Source: a bacterium
GTDB taxonomy: Bacteria; Zhuqueibacterota; Zhuqueibacteria; Oceanimicrobiales; Oceanimicrobiaceae
NCBI GenBank assembly: GCA_046757165.1
Contig: JBHHXT010000059.1
Coordinates: 1-24,518, forward strand
Direction of reading: 5' to 3'
DNA: 24,518 nucleotides
Made by a program: the position numbers and the translations under genes
Notes under the pieces: generated by a model
Told to the model about the DNA's origin: nothing
What the model saw: only the letters and a program-made list of their open reading frames with translations
The model's database searches: none
In this document: positions 1 to 9,100 of the stretch, piece after piece
Layout: each line of letters starts with the position of its first letter
How positions within the stretch are numbered: the first letter of the stretch is position 1

Positions 1-183
1 TGGGCGCCAATTATTTAAAAATAAATATAAATATGATGCCCTTTCTCATAAAGATGGCCCAAAGGGTTAAGCATCGTATAAGGATGAGAATCCGAAACCA
101 CCCTGAACGAAGTGATGGTCAGGAATGAGGTGGGGAAGGCATCAAACCTTCACTTGCTTTTTACCAGCTTTTCAATGCTTTGA

Positions 184-405
184 ACTGTCTTAGGTACGGG
201 AGTGTTTGAAATAAGCCACCCGGCGATTGAGGGCTGTTGGAGAGATTGTTTCCTGTCCTTTGAATTAACCGGTGACAGACAGGAACTGTCGAAATGCCTG
301 CGGGACTTTTTCTGCCTTGACGAGGACCCCATCTAATGGGTCGAGGATGAAAAATGCTACCGCTGCCGGTTTCGTATTCTACATGAGAGTGCCGAAGATT
401 ATTGA
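184..405 (+). pseudogene. Possible remnant of the 3' end of a hypothetical gene with an in-frame stop
   Basis: Frame 184-405 reads TVLGTGVFEISHPAIEGCWRDCFLSFELTGDRQELSKCLRDFFCLDEDPI*WVEDEKCYRCRFRILHESAEDY*. It looks protein-like across TAA 334-336, but no intact start is visible and no family is assigned. Confidence 0.25.
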
Positions 406-514
406 GGCTCCACGCTTGGAAATCCAGATTAATTCCGCTTCTCAAATCCTGCGAGGGACTTTTGGTTCAAAAAATCGAGTGCTTTTCACACCACAGGCCG
501 TGTTTCCAAACTTG

Positions 515-577
515 CGAAAACGACCGGTCGGCTCAATCCGTTGATATAAAAGGGATTGCCCAACCGGTCGAGTTTCG
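515..577. repeat. Imperfect inverted repeat enclosing an IHF-consensus site
   Basis: Left arm CGAAAA-CGACCGGT-CGGCT-CAATCC pairs with right arm GGATTG-CCCA-ACCGGTCG-AGTTTCG. CAATCCGTTGATA (534-546) matches the reverse IHF consensus YAANNNNTTGATW exactly. Confidence 0.6.
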
Positions 578-925
578 GACTTCGTCCTTCGAAGCCAGAG
601 AATTAGGGGACAAACAGATAATGAAAGGTGGGAGAATGGTGAAAATGAGGTTGGATGAAGAGGGTCTCTCGTCGAATGTGCAAACCGCCTAACCCCTTTG
701 AAAATAAGGGGACACAGAAAGCTCGTCATCCCGGAGAAGACCTGCGAAGAGACGGGTTGTTCTTTTTCAAATGGTGGAGGGCTCACAGCCTTCCAGAAAT
801 TCAGTCTCCCCAGCGTCAACACATCAAAAGTCCTTTATTTACAATGCCTTGAGATCTTCCTATGGCCGTTCTCCGCGTCCCTACGCGGGAAATATTTTTC
901 TCCACATTTTCCCCAAACAGAGAAT

Positions 926-945
926 GGACGTGGGTTCGATTCCCG
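926..945 (+). other. tmRNA/tRNA T-arm-like fragment, possible att-site remnant
   Basis: GGACGTGGGTTCGATTCCCG resembles the ssrA 3' T-arm (GGACG[C/T]GGGTTCGA[T/C]TCCC). It lies about 50 bp past the end of the operon. No acceptor stem, CCA or RNA body flanks it. Confidence 0.4.
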
Positions 946-995
946 TTTGCACATCAAATGCGGTGATATCATAACCCGAGTCCCCAATTCCACGA

Positions 996-3900
996 CTACG
1001 GCATATCAACAAGTTCGGTAATTTTTTCCAGGAATTTTTTCTGCGCAGATTTAGAAAGCCCTTTAAACTTCTCGATAAACCATTCTAAAGCAAGCGATTC
1101 AAGACGCTCTTCAATACGACTAACTACCTTTGATAGTCGTATCCCATGCTCGTCCGTAAGTGTTGCCGGTGGATTTACGACTTTCGAGTGCAATCGATTA
1201 GCATCCCCAACAGACATTTTATTAATATCCAATACATTAGTCTCAATAGACTCAATCCAGGTTAAACTATCATGCTTCCGTTGTGTCGAGATATTGCCGA
1301 CAAAATTTTCGAACATCTCGTCAACCAGCCACGGCAGCGCCTCTTCTTCCCCAAAAGTAGCGTCAGCCTCTTGACGTAACTTCTCGGCTAATGATTCAAA
1401 TTCTCGCCAGGACAAGCTATTATCATGCAATTGATTATAATAGCGCTTGTATGCCTGCAGCGCTCGTTTCATGATGCGCAAATCATCGACATCTATTTCA
1501 CAGCCCTCGAATGCATTTATCAGGGACTCTATTTCCTCAATATGTACATTTAATTCTTCTTCTGTACTTATCTTAGAATTCCAGAGTCGTGAAGCGCGTT
1601 CCGTCAGACTAGCTTCAGCCTCCTGCAACTTGACTAAAAAATCCGAAAGGTTAGTACGAAGATCAGAAATTTCATTCATCTCAATACGTCGGGACATTCC
1701 CTGTAGTTTGGCAGAGAAATTTTTCCCCACATCCCTTAATCCTCGAATCTCGGCGACACGCATTAGTCGAAAGGCATCAGCATGTTGATCGAGCCAGGAA
1801 CGAATATCCCGAACTAACTGATTTGCCTCTGCAATCGTTTCCGCCTGCCGAATGACGTGTTTAGTGTGGCGTTCAAGTTCTTCCGACAGCGCAGTCAGTC
1901 CCAGTTTATTTAAATTACCACCAAGCAGACGAAGCATTTTATGCTTAAAATCTCCAACCACTTCCGGAGAGTCATTTGCAGGTCTTTGCCCTGCAAGCCA
2001 GTTTGGGAAAATCTGCACAACCATCTGGGCAGTCCGTTCGATATGAGGTTCCAACTCTTCAATCTGGTGTTTCTCCCAAAGTGGCGACTCGGCAATCATT
2101 CGCTCTTTTAAATTTAGAAGTTCTGCAGCTCCCCAACTTAGCAAGCTTACATTCTTCTTGTTTTCTCCTGTTTCAAGTTTGCTGAAGGCAGTATCTTGCT
2201 TTTCCTCCATTTTTCTAAGGGCCTTGACTGCTTCATGGGACTGGTCTTCAAGGTGGATGAAACGATAACTACATGTCGGTGGCACGGGAATACGTTCCTT
2301 AAGTTCCGAAGCCCTTCTAAGGAAAGAGAACTTGCCCATATAACTCTCTGCCTGCTCCCATTCATCCAGGAGATTCTCCCACTCTGACGATGCCTCCCCT
2401 ATAAAAGCCAACTCCACACTCTGAAGCGCGGCGATATCAAGAAACTTTCTCCTGAATACACCGTCCTGAAGCCACTGGGTAAGGGCATACTGCTGTCCAT
2501 CCCGAACTATGACAAGCTGTTCACTCCTTGGAGCCACAAAGACACCTAACAGCAATCCTGCGGAGGCGATATTTGCTCCGTAAGGGGGGAGACACAATTG
2601 CCTTAAAACTTCTCCAACGAGAAATTGTTGGTGGTCTGATTGGAGAATGTCATCCCATTTCTCGGTCACAGTTCGCGCAATTGGATGCGTTGGCCTTCTT
2701 GAAATTTTACCGGTTTTGGTAAAGACGGCCCATGAACTGTTTAGCGTTGTTAGAGCTCGATTCTTAATCTTGACCGGCTTTGAAATCACAGCATCGTAAT
2801 CAAGACTTCCCCTCAGTAAATCGATAATTAGTTCCTGACAACTGTCTGCTGCATTACCTCGAGCCGTTGAAAACCCATCAAAAGGAAATGGCAACGACCG
2901 CTTATATATCCGCTCAAACAGTTCCGTGCCGACCCGACTTAATCGATTGGCTTCGAGTTCGTCTTTTAGGGCTGTTATATATCTTCGCTGTTTGGTTAGC
3001 TCTTCTATCTGGCTTCGGACTACCTGGTGCATTTTCTCTTGGTGAGCTCCAATTAGATTGCCAAAGCGGGCACGGTCTTCCGCACTGATGGAATCTTCCA
3101 GGACCGCTAATTCCGCTAATGCTTGACCAAGTATTCCTTCCTCATCGCAAAGAAGAATGACAAGCATTGGCAGTGCGTTAACCCCAACACCAAGATCACG
3201 AATCGTCGCACGAAGAGTTTTCTTTACATCAAATGTAACAGTTTGAGGATCACGGCTCTGTTCAACATAGCAATAAATAACTGTTCCACGTGGCTCATTA
3301 ACATCAATGGCCTTCGTCCACCTATCTGCAGCGATTCTGATCTGGGGCTCAATGGTCTCTAAATTTGATGTCACTCCTTGATAGCGCCACTCTGTCGTAG
3401 TAATTGAATTTCTTTCGGCAAAATCACACTCCAAATCGCCGAGCAGATCACACCACTCTGCCGCCTTGCTGGCAAACAACTTTGCCTTGCCGCTTTCATC
3501 GTAGGTGCTCGCCACCCGCTGCCTGATGAACGAAAGAAACTGTGTGCGCGGAACCGCATCACCTAAAATATCAAACTGTTTGAAGCGCTCGTCCCACTCG
3601 AGGATATTATATTCATCTTGAAGCAGGTCGATCCCTTCACGAGTACGATAGCTTGACAAACCTGCAAACTTGGCCAATGCGTTGATTGACTCATCACGAG
3701 ATACAACCTGTAATCCCATTTTCGATGCCAAGACCACGGATCGCAGGATACGGGTAACATCTTCCGGTAAGCGTGCGCCACATCGGGCGTATACCGATGC
3801 ATAGGCGTGGGTAATTGAGCCTTGCTGACCGCTCTCCTCTGAAGAAATCAACTCTTGCTGAAGTTCGTCGGACCATAAACTCACCGGTGCTAGTACCCAT

Positions 3901-5294
3901 GTTCTCTCGCCCTCTGCCTCCAACTCCTGAGAACGCTGAAAAAAATCGCCAAGCAAGGTTAAAGCTGATCGTTCTTGCAGATGTTTCCCCGCAGCGGTCA
4001 AAGAAAAAAGAAACCATGTTGAAAGCGGTGAGAGAGGCCAACATCCTTTTCGGATAACTGTATGAAACGAATCAACATCCGTCCAAAGCCTGTAATTGCG
4101 GGACTGGGGGAACCAGCTATGCAGATCTGCGGCGATAGTCTGCGATTCCTCGTAGGCTTGTTCGTCGTTAAACCAGGAATCAAAGCCTGTTGTCTGTTGC
4201 TTCTCAATGAGATGAGCGATAAGGGTCTCTAAATTGATTGAAAGATATACCTTGCTGGCAGATTGATAGCGGGTGATGTACCGAAGGATGTCATTTTTAT
4301 ATTCTGGTGCAACTCGTTGCACGTAAGCGTTAAGCTCAAACTGAATGAATCCGACAAAGGTTGTGGTATCAGCATGTGCCTGAACCCCTTCGAATAAATC
4401 CTGGAGAACGCCGCTACCCGCAACCTGGCTCCGGACTGTGGCAAATTCGGTATAGCGACCAAATTCATCGAACAGGATGAGAGCATGCCTAAAAGGTTTG
4501 TCTGTTCCGCAATACTCACGGGACACAACATCAATCACGTCCCGTACTGATTCTCCACCCAGTGCACGAATGGGCATTCCTTGGCTGGCAAAAAATTCCT
4601 GAACTTTACCGTAAACGTGTTCATCCTGCTCTTCGAGTGCACCTAATATCGTATCAATGTCAGCCATATCAAAGCTGTCAAGCAGTTCCTCGGCCACACT
4701 TTCACCAGCCATACGAATTAGAGTTGCTGCTTGCTTGAAGCGTGGGCGTAAGTCATCAAGAGGACTGGTGTCTAAGTTCTTCGCGCGAAGCTGCAAAATG
4801 ACCTGTCGAGTGACCTCGGCCGTCAAATCGAAGTTTCGCATACCATTTAATGCAACAATGAGGCAAGGCCGACTTTCCTCTTGCAGCATAGCCTGTATTT
4901 CGGTACCAATATTTGCGTCAGCGGCTTTCATGGCAGAAATGATTGATTCGGCCGTAACACCAGATGGTTGGGAAAGAATCGTTGCCAGGGTAAGCGCCAA
5001 ATGCGATTTCCCTGTTCCATAACCAGCAATCGCTAAAGTGAAAGGTTGATCCTCAAGTCCAGAGCACCGCCGTACTATCTTACGCGCAAAGCTGGCTGTG
5101 TCCTGAAGCTGATGACCATGAGCATGCCCGATATCGTCCTGCGTCACGCCATGATATTTTGGCCCGTGGAACACAAAGGCCTCTGCGGCTTTTCGGCGTT
5201 TCTCTCCATCCGTCAGAAACCAATCAATACTGACGGCTCCATTAAAGAGTCGATCGCCTCGGAATTTTACTATGTCATGTAAGGTTAGTCGCAT
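996..5294 (-). CDS. Large P-loop ATPase, divergent SspC/BrxC-like paralogue with a long helical C-terminus (about 1432 aa)
   Basis: Walker A AGYGTGKSH and Walker B LILFDEFGRY. WPLSP and LQERSALTLL correspond to WPLHP and QNERSIFSYL of the 17513-20887 ATPase. ATG 5294 follows AAGGA at 6 nt spacing and is preferred over TTG 5300. Confidence 0.8.
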   Translation of the reverse strand: MRLTLHDIVKFRGDRLFNGAVSIDWFLTDGEKRRKAAEAFVFHGPKYHGVTQDDIGHAHGHQLQDTASFARKIVRRCSGLEDQPFTLAIAGYGTGKSHLALTLATILSQPSGVTAESIISAMKAADANIGTEIQAMLQEESRPCLIVALNGMRNFDLTAEVTRQVILQLRAKNLDTSPLDDLRPRFKQAATLIRMAGESVAEELLDSFDMADIDTILGALEEQDEHVYGKVQEFFASQGMPIRALGGESVRDVIDVVSREYCGTDKPFRHALILFDEFGRYTEFATVRSQVAGSGVLQDLFEGVQAHADTTTFVGFIQFELNAYVQRVAPEYKNDILRYITRYQSASKVYLSINLETLIAHLIEKQQTTGFDSWFNDEQAYEESQTIAADLHSWFPQSRNYRLWTDVDSFHTVIRKGCWPLSPLSTWFLFSLTAAGKHLQERSALTLLGDFFQRSQELEAEGERTWVLAPVSLWSDELQQELISSEESGQQGSITHAYASVYARCGARLPEDVTRILRSVVLASKMGLQVVSRDESINALAKFAGLSSYRTREGIDLLQDEYNILEWDERFKQFDILGDAVPRTQFLSFIRQRVASTYDESGKAKLFASKAAEWCDLLGDLECDFAERNSITTTEWRYQGVTSNLETIEPQIRIAADRWTKAIDVNEPRGTVIYCYVEQSRDPQTVTFDVKKTLRATIRDLGVGVNALPMLVILLCDEEGILGQALAELAVLEDSISAEDRARFGNLIGAHQEKMHQVVRSQIEELTKQRRYITALKDELEANRLSRVGTELFERIYKRSLPFPFDGFSTARGNAADSCQELIIDLLRGSLDYDAVISKPVKIKNRALTTLNSSWAVFTKTGKISRRPTHPIARTVTEKWDDILQSDHQQFLVGEVLRQLCLPPYGANIASAGLLLGVFVAPRSEQLVIVRDGQQYALTQWLQDGVFRRKFLDIAALQSVELAFIGEASSEWENLLDEWEQAESYMGKFSFLRRASELKERIPVPPTCSYRFIHLEDQSHEAVKALRKMEEKQDTAFSKLETGENKKNVSLLSWGAAELLNLKERMIAESPLWEKHQIEELEPHIERTAQMVVQIFPNWLAGQRPANDSPEVVGDFKHKMLRLLGGNLNKLGLTALSEELERHTKHVIRQAETIAEANQLVRDIRSWLDQHADAFRLMRVAEIRGLRDVGKNFSAKLQGMSRRIEMNEISDLRTNLSDFLVKLQEAEASLTERASRLWNSKISTEEELNVHIEEIESLINAFEGCEIDVDDLRIMKRALQAYKRYYNQLHDNSLSWREFESLAEKLRQEADATFGEEEALPWLVDEMFENFVGNISTQRKHDSLTWIESIETNVLDINKMSVGDANRLHSKVVNPPATLTDEHGIRLSKVVSRIEERLESLALEWFIEKFKGLSKSAQKKFLEKITELVDMP

Positions 5295-5304
5295 TCTCAA
5301 TCCT

Positions 5305-6144
5305 TTAGATTAAGTCTTCGTACATACGTCCCCACGTCGCGCCCGCAACGGCCCGAGGGCGCATTATCCACGGATTCATTTGCCGGTCAATCGCAAGAAC
5401 GCCTTTCCTTTCAAGTAGATCTATAGCACGGTGCGACTCGCCTATATTCCATCCCGGAATAGACTTCCATCCCGCGTTATGATCCAAGTCAGTAAGTGTT
5501 ATCTGAGTTGCTTTGGGAAAATGATCGGCAATAAGTTGCAGTATCCATGCACCGTACGCAAATCCAAATTCTTCAGCAATGGGCGCTGACTGCCTGACCA
5601 CTATGCCCGTATCCTCCGATAACACGCCGCAGGTATGAAAGGCCGCCTCATCTTCATACATTCTTACAATCGGCCCTATAATTCCTCTGCGCTTGCTGTC
5701 GTAAACAAGAGACAAATGATCTTCCAGCGCGGAACGTGAGAAACGCATTCCGAGAACCTGATTCCCGGCGAAAAAAGTTTGATACCAGGCATCGGCACCA
5801 GTCAACACCCCACAGAGATTAAGGTGAGCAATCCATTGTGTTACTCGTTCTTTGAGATGGGGGTCCTCCAAAAACACAATACGCCCAAAAGGGGTCAATT
5901 CCGGGCGTTTCACTGCTGAACGAGCATTCCCAGCCAACTGGATCAACCCCATGCCACGACAGTAATCTAAAATGGCGGGCACCTTGCCGCTGGATTTACC
6001 CGTAGGAATACCTGTAACAGCTGAAATGTCTTGATAATTACCAGTTTGACCGGAAGCGGCAAAACGCAACATGGCATTAATGTATTGACGTTCTGGAATA
6101 AATGTCCTATGGAAGTTGCGGGGAAGACGCATCGGCTTATTCAT
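5305..6144 (-). CDS. Divergent DUF4007/SspB-like winged-helix protein (279 aa)
   Basis: NFHRTF and LTPFGRIVFLEDPHLKERVTQWIAHLNL align by eye with FSGHQTF and VSSFGRKLLDEKNGWDPYLEDNASWWLLHWKL of the 20887-21783 protein. It has a similar size and the same position directly before an ATPase. RBS GAGGAG; 8-bp overlap with the upstream gene. Confidence 0.7.
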   Translation of the reverse strand: MNKPMRLPRNFHRTFIPERQYINAMLRFAASGQTGNYQDISAVTGIPTGKSSGKVPAILDYCRGMGLIQLAGNARSAVKRPELTPFGRIVFLEDPHLKERVTQWIAHLNLCGVLTGADAWYQTFFAGNQVLGMRFSRSALEDHLSLVYDSKRRGIIGPIVRMYEDEAAFHTCGVLSEDTGIVVRQSAPIAEEFGFAYGAWILQLIADHFPKATQITLTDLDHNAGWKSIPGWNIGESHRAIDLLERKGVLAIDRQMNPWIMRPRAVAGATWGRMYEDLI

Positions 6145-9100
6145 TGAAACTTCGCTCCTCTAAAGCCGTTATACGAATTTTCAAGGCTCTGGAAACAAGC
6201 CTCTCTCCGTCAGGAGAAAGGGTTTTACCTATCGAGTAGCACTCTCCCTTTGAGAGAGAAGATAGCTTTCGAACCCAATCATCCACTTTTTGCCGTGTTG
6301 CCAATGCAGCAATATCAGCAAATGCCTTCAACTCGGTATCAGCTGGTTTGAAAAAAAGCTTGTGTTCAGCCTGGAACATTCGGTCGCGTTCATCTCTTTT
6401 CATATTGCTCATGGTTTGAGTAGCAAGGATGAGCGAAAGTCCAAACTTTCTTCCTTCACGTAAATATTTCGAGAGGGGGCTACCCTCCTTATGATCCAAA
6501 TTCTGAACCTCATCGAGGACGATAACTTTCGGGTCTGTTTTTTTTCCCTTGGACTGTAGGTGGCCATATAGATCCCAAAGGATGAACTCTGTAATCAATC
6601 TACCTGAATACATATCCATCCCTGCAAGCTGGAAAATATTGCACAGCGGATCCTGTTTCAGGAAAAGGTGATCCCAGTCAAACCCTTCATTGCCAGATGA
6701 GAATGGTTGATCCAAAATAAAAGGTCGCAACTTGTTATACAGGGACTGGGCGTAGGTTTTATACCTCTTATCCTCGGCCATCGATTCGATCAGGGAAAGC
6801 ATGTGATCGAGATTCATTCCACTCTCCAACGAATCCACACCTTCCATGATCGCCCGGTGCAAAACACTGTACTGCTGATTACCAATATCGTACACTGAGT
6901 CAAACAAACCGGCGATCCGCTTGGCAATAGCATTCGAGTTCTCCCGAATAATAATCCCGCCATTGTCTGAAACCTGGGGAAGGAATGGGTTGATCGGCAA
7001 TGGTTCTTGACGGACCACATACTGTCGAGGATCCAACACTTCTTTAGCAACATCTTCCAGACGGTTGGGAAGGAATCCGTTCGTGTAATCAATGATCAGG
7101 CTATTCTGCCTAAATTTACTCATTTCGCAAAGCATGCACTGAATGGCATAGGTCTTCCCTTGGCCAGATGATCCAAAAATAAGCAGATGTCGATTTACCA
7201 GGTCGGAGTGGTCAAACTCCCAATAGACCGGCTGATCGCTACTGACGGTCTTCCCCAGCAAGATTCTGCCTAACCGATTCAAATCGCCGACCGTCTCAAC
7301 TGGCTGTTCGGGTGTAGTCTGAACATCAGTAGCCTCCACCGTACTGCCCATGCCGGCCGAAACTCGGGGTATTGTAGATTCCGGGGGGATATCATCTTTT
7401 CGATGAGAGAATGAACCTTGAGCCCCTGTATGTTCTTCAGTCACAATATCCGAAGAAGGTGTGTCAACATCTACCGCCGTTTCGATGGGAGCCTCATGGT
7501 TATCATCCTCGGCATCCTCATCCTCCCAAGGGGTATAGTCGTCATCGACTTCTGGCGGGATGATCTCCCCTTCCTCCACAACAATTTCGTCCCCTTGATC
7601 GCTGAATGCAGTCCAATCAATGTCTCCAACCTCGGGGTTGGTAATCAGACGACGGACAAAGCTGCCACCGATGGAATAAACATTTGCAGTTACAGGCGGG
7701 GAGCCTTCCGCGTTCCAATACCCTATGCGTTTAATCTCATCATTACGGTTGATCCAAAATGCAAATACCGACGCATCCCAAGAAACCTCGAAATCACCTT
7801 CGGCCAATCGTTCCAATGCAGCCAGAACATCAGGATATCGATTTTTGATTACCTCGGTCTTGCTCGCAATTAACCGGTGGAGTTGCATCCACCAGTAGCG
7901 CCTATCTGGACGCTCATCTTCAAGACTCACCCCACCGGTATCGCCCAGAAGCGGAGCAAATGCAGATGAGAGAACTTTCAACCCATTATCTATTTGGCTT
8001 TTGGCCTTGTTCACATGTTCGGACGACTGTTGCCCCAGCTTGCATTCGATGAGATGCATTTTGATATGGAGGCGATTACCTGACCCGATTTCGACCCGCA
8101 TCCACATCAGATCTGGTCTGCGCATATTCTCCGACAGATCAAACCAATGCCGATAGGCATCCAGAGAAATCAAGGATTCACATAACGGGGAATCATTGGC
8201 CTGAAGCATTTTTCTGGATAATGCATAAGCCATGAAGTCTCTGATATATTCATCGCCCACTCCGGTTGCCCGCACCAATGATAAACCAGAAAGTTCAGGA
8301 GCAATATTCAGGATGCCCTTGGCAACAGCCTCGCACTCTTCCGTACTCCATCCCGCACCGGATGCATAAAGCGATTTTATTGCAGCTTTTAAGCGATAGA
8401 GAATGTCAGCAAAAGAAAACTGTTCGGTTGAAACAGTATAGTTATCTTCTCCATGGCTACCAACCCCAGAACCAAACCCAATAATTTCCCTTTCATTGCC
8501 GCTTTCCAGCAAAGGGCTCTTTATCAGACGCTCATCCATGTTGGGGTCGATGCAAATGATCCATTCTGCCTTCTTGTGCAGACAATCGATCAGCCCACGC
8601 CATGGAGTAAAATCGCCTGCTCCGACAACAATGGTTCCTGTTTGATGTGTCCCTGACTGCAGGGAATGCAGCAGGTTTGCATGGTAAGATCCAAGAGCAA
8701 ACTGCCTATTGCTGACTACTCTCTTTCGGCGATACCTATCGGCTGGACTGCTGATGGTACAACATGCCTTTTCTAGAATCGGGAACTTGAGATTTCTGCT
8801 CGTAACATCGAAGGTATCCACCTTTTCAAAGCAGTTCACGCCCTCCCCGGCACCAATGAAATTGTAGAAAACTGCAATGTCGGCTTCGAACTGTTCATTG
8901 ATCAGCTTTTGAAACGAACTCAGCCCGTCCTTTTCAATAATCCGGTGGGCAATAGAAAACCGACAACGCCTATACAGGTCATACTTACTTTCAGTTTCAG
9001 CCGCCTCCCAGCGTTCACGCCACTGTTGAACCCACGAGGAAACGTCAGTCTCATCGTTTGATTCCGTAAAAAGCGTCACGCTAATGGCATACGGGCGATT

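Noticed and set aside
677..954. 10-bp inverted repeat ATGTGCAAAC (677-686) / GTTTGCACAT (945-954) as element ends
   Set aside because: A 10-bp match is expected by chance at this scale, it does not extend, and there is no transposase or target duplication.
880..990. Intact tRNA or tmRNA gene around the GGTTCGATTCC motif
   Set aside because: No D-arm, anticodon arm, acceptor stem or CCA can be built around it, so it is kept only as a fragment.
150..1021. ORF-track ORFs in the left 1 kb as real genes
   Set aside because: They overlap each other on both strands, have no recognisable motifs and coincide with dyad-rich non-coding-looking sequence.
996..6144. SspE as the identity of the distal genes
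   Set aside because: No DUF262 DGQQR motif or HNH-type DUF1524 motif is present in either protein.
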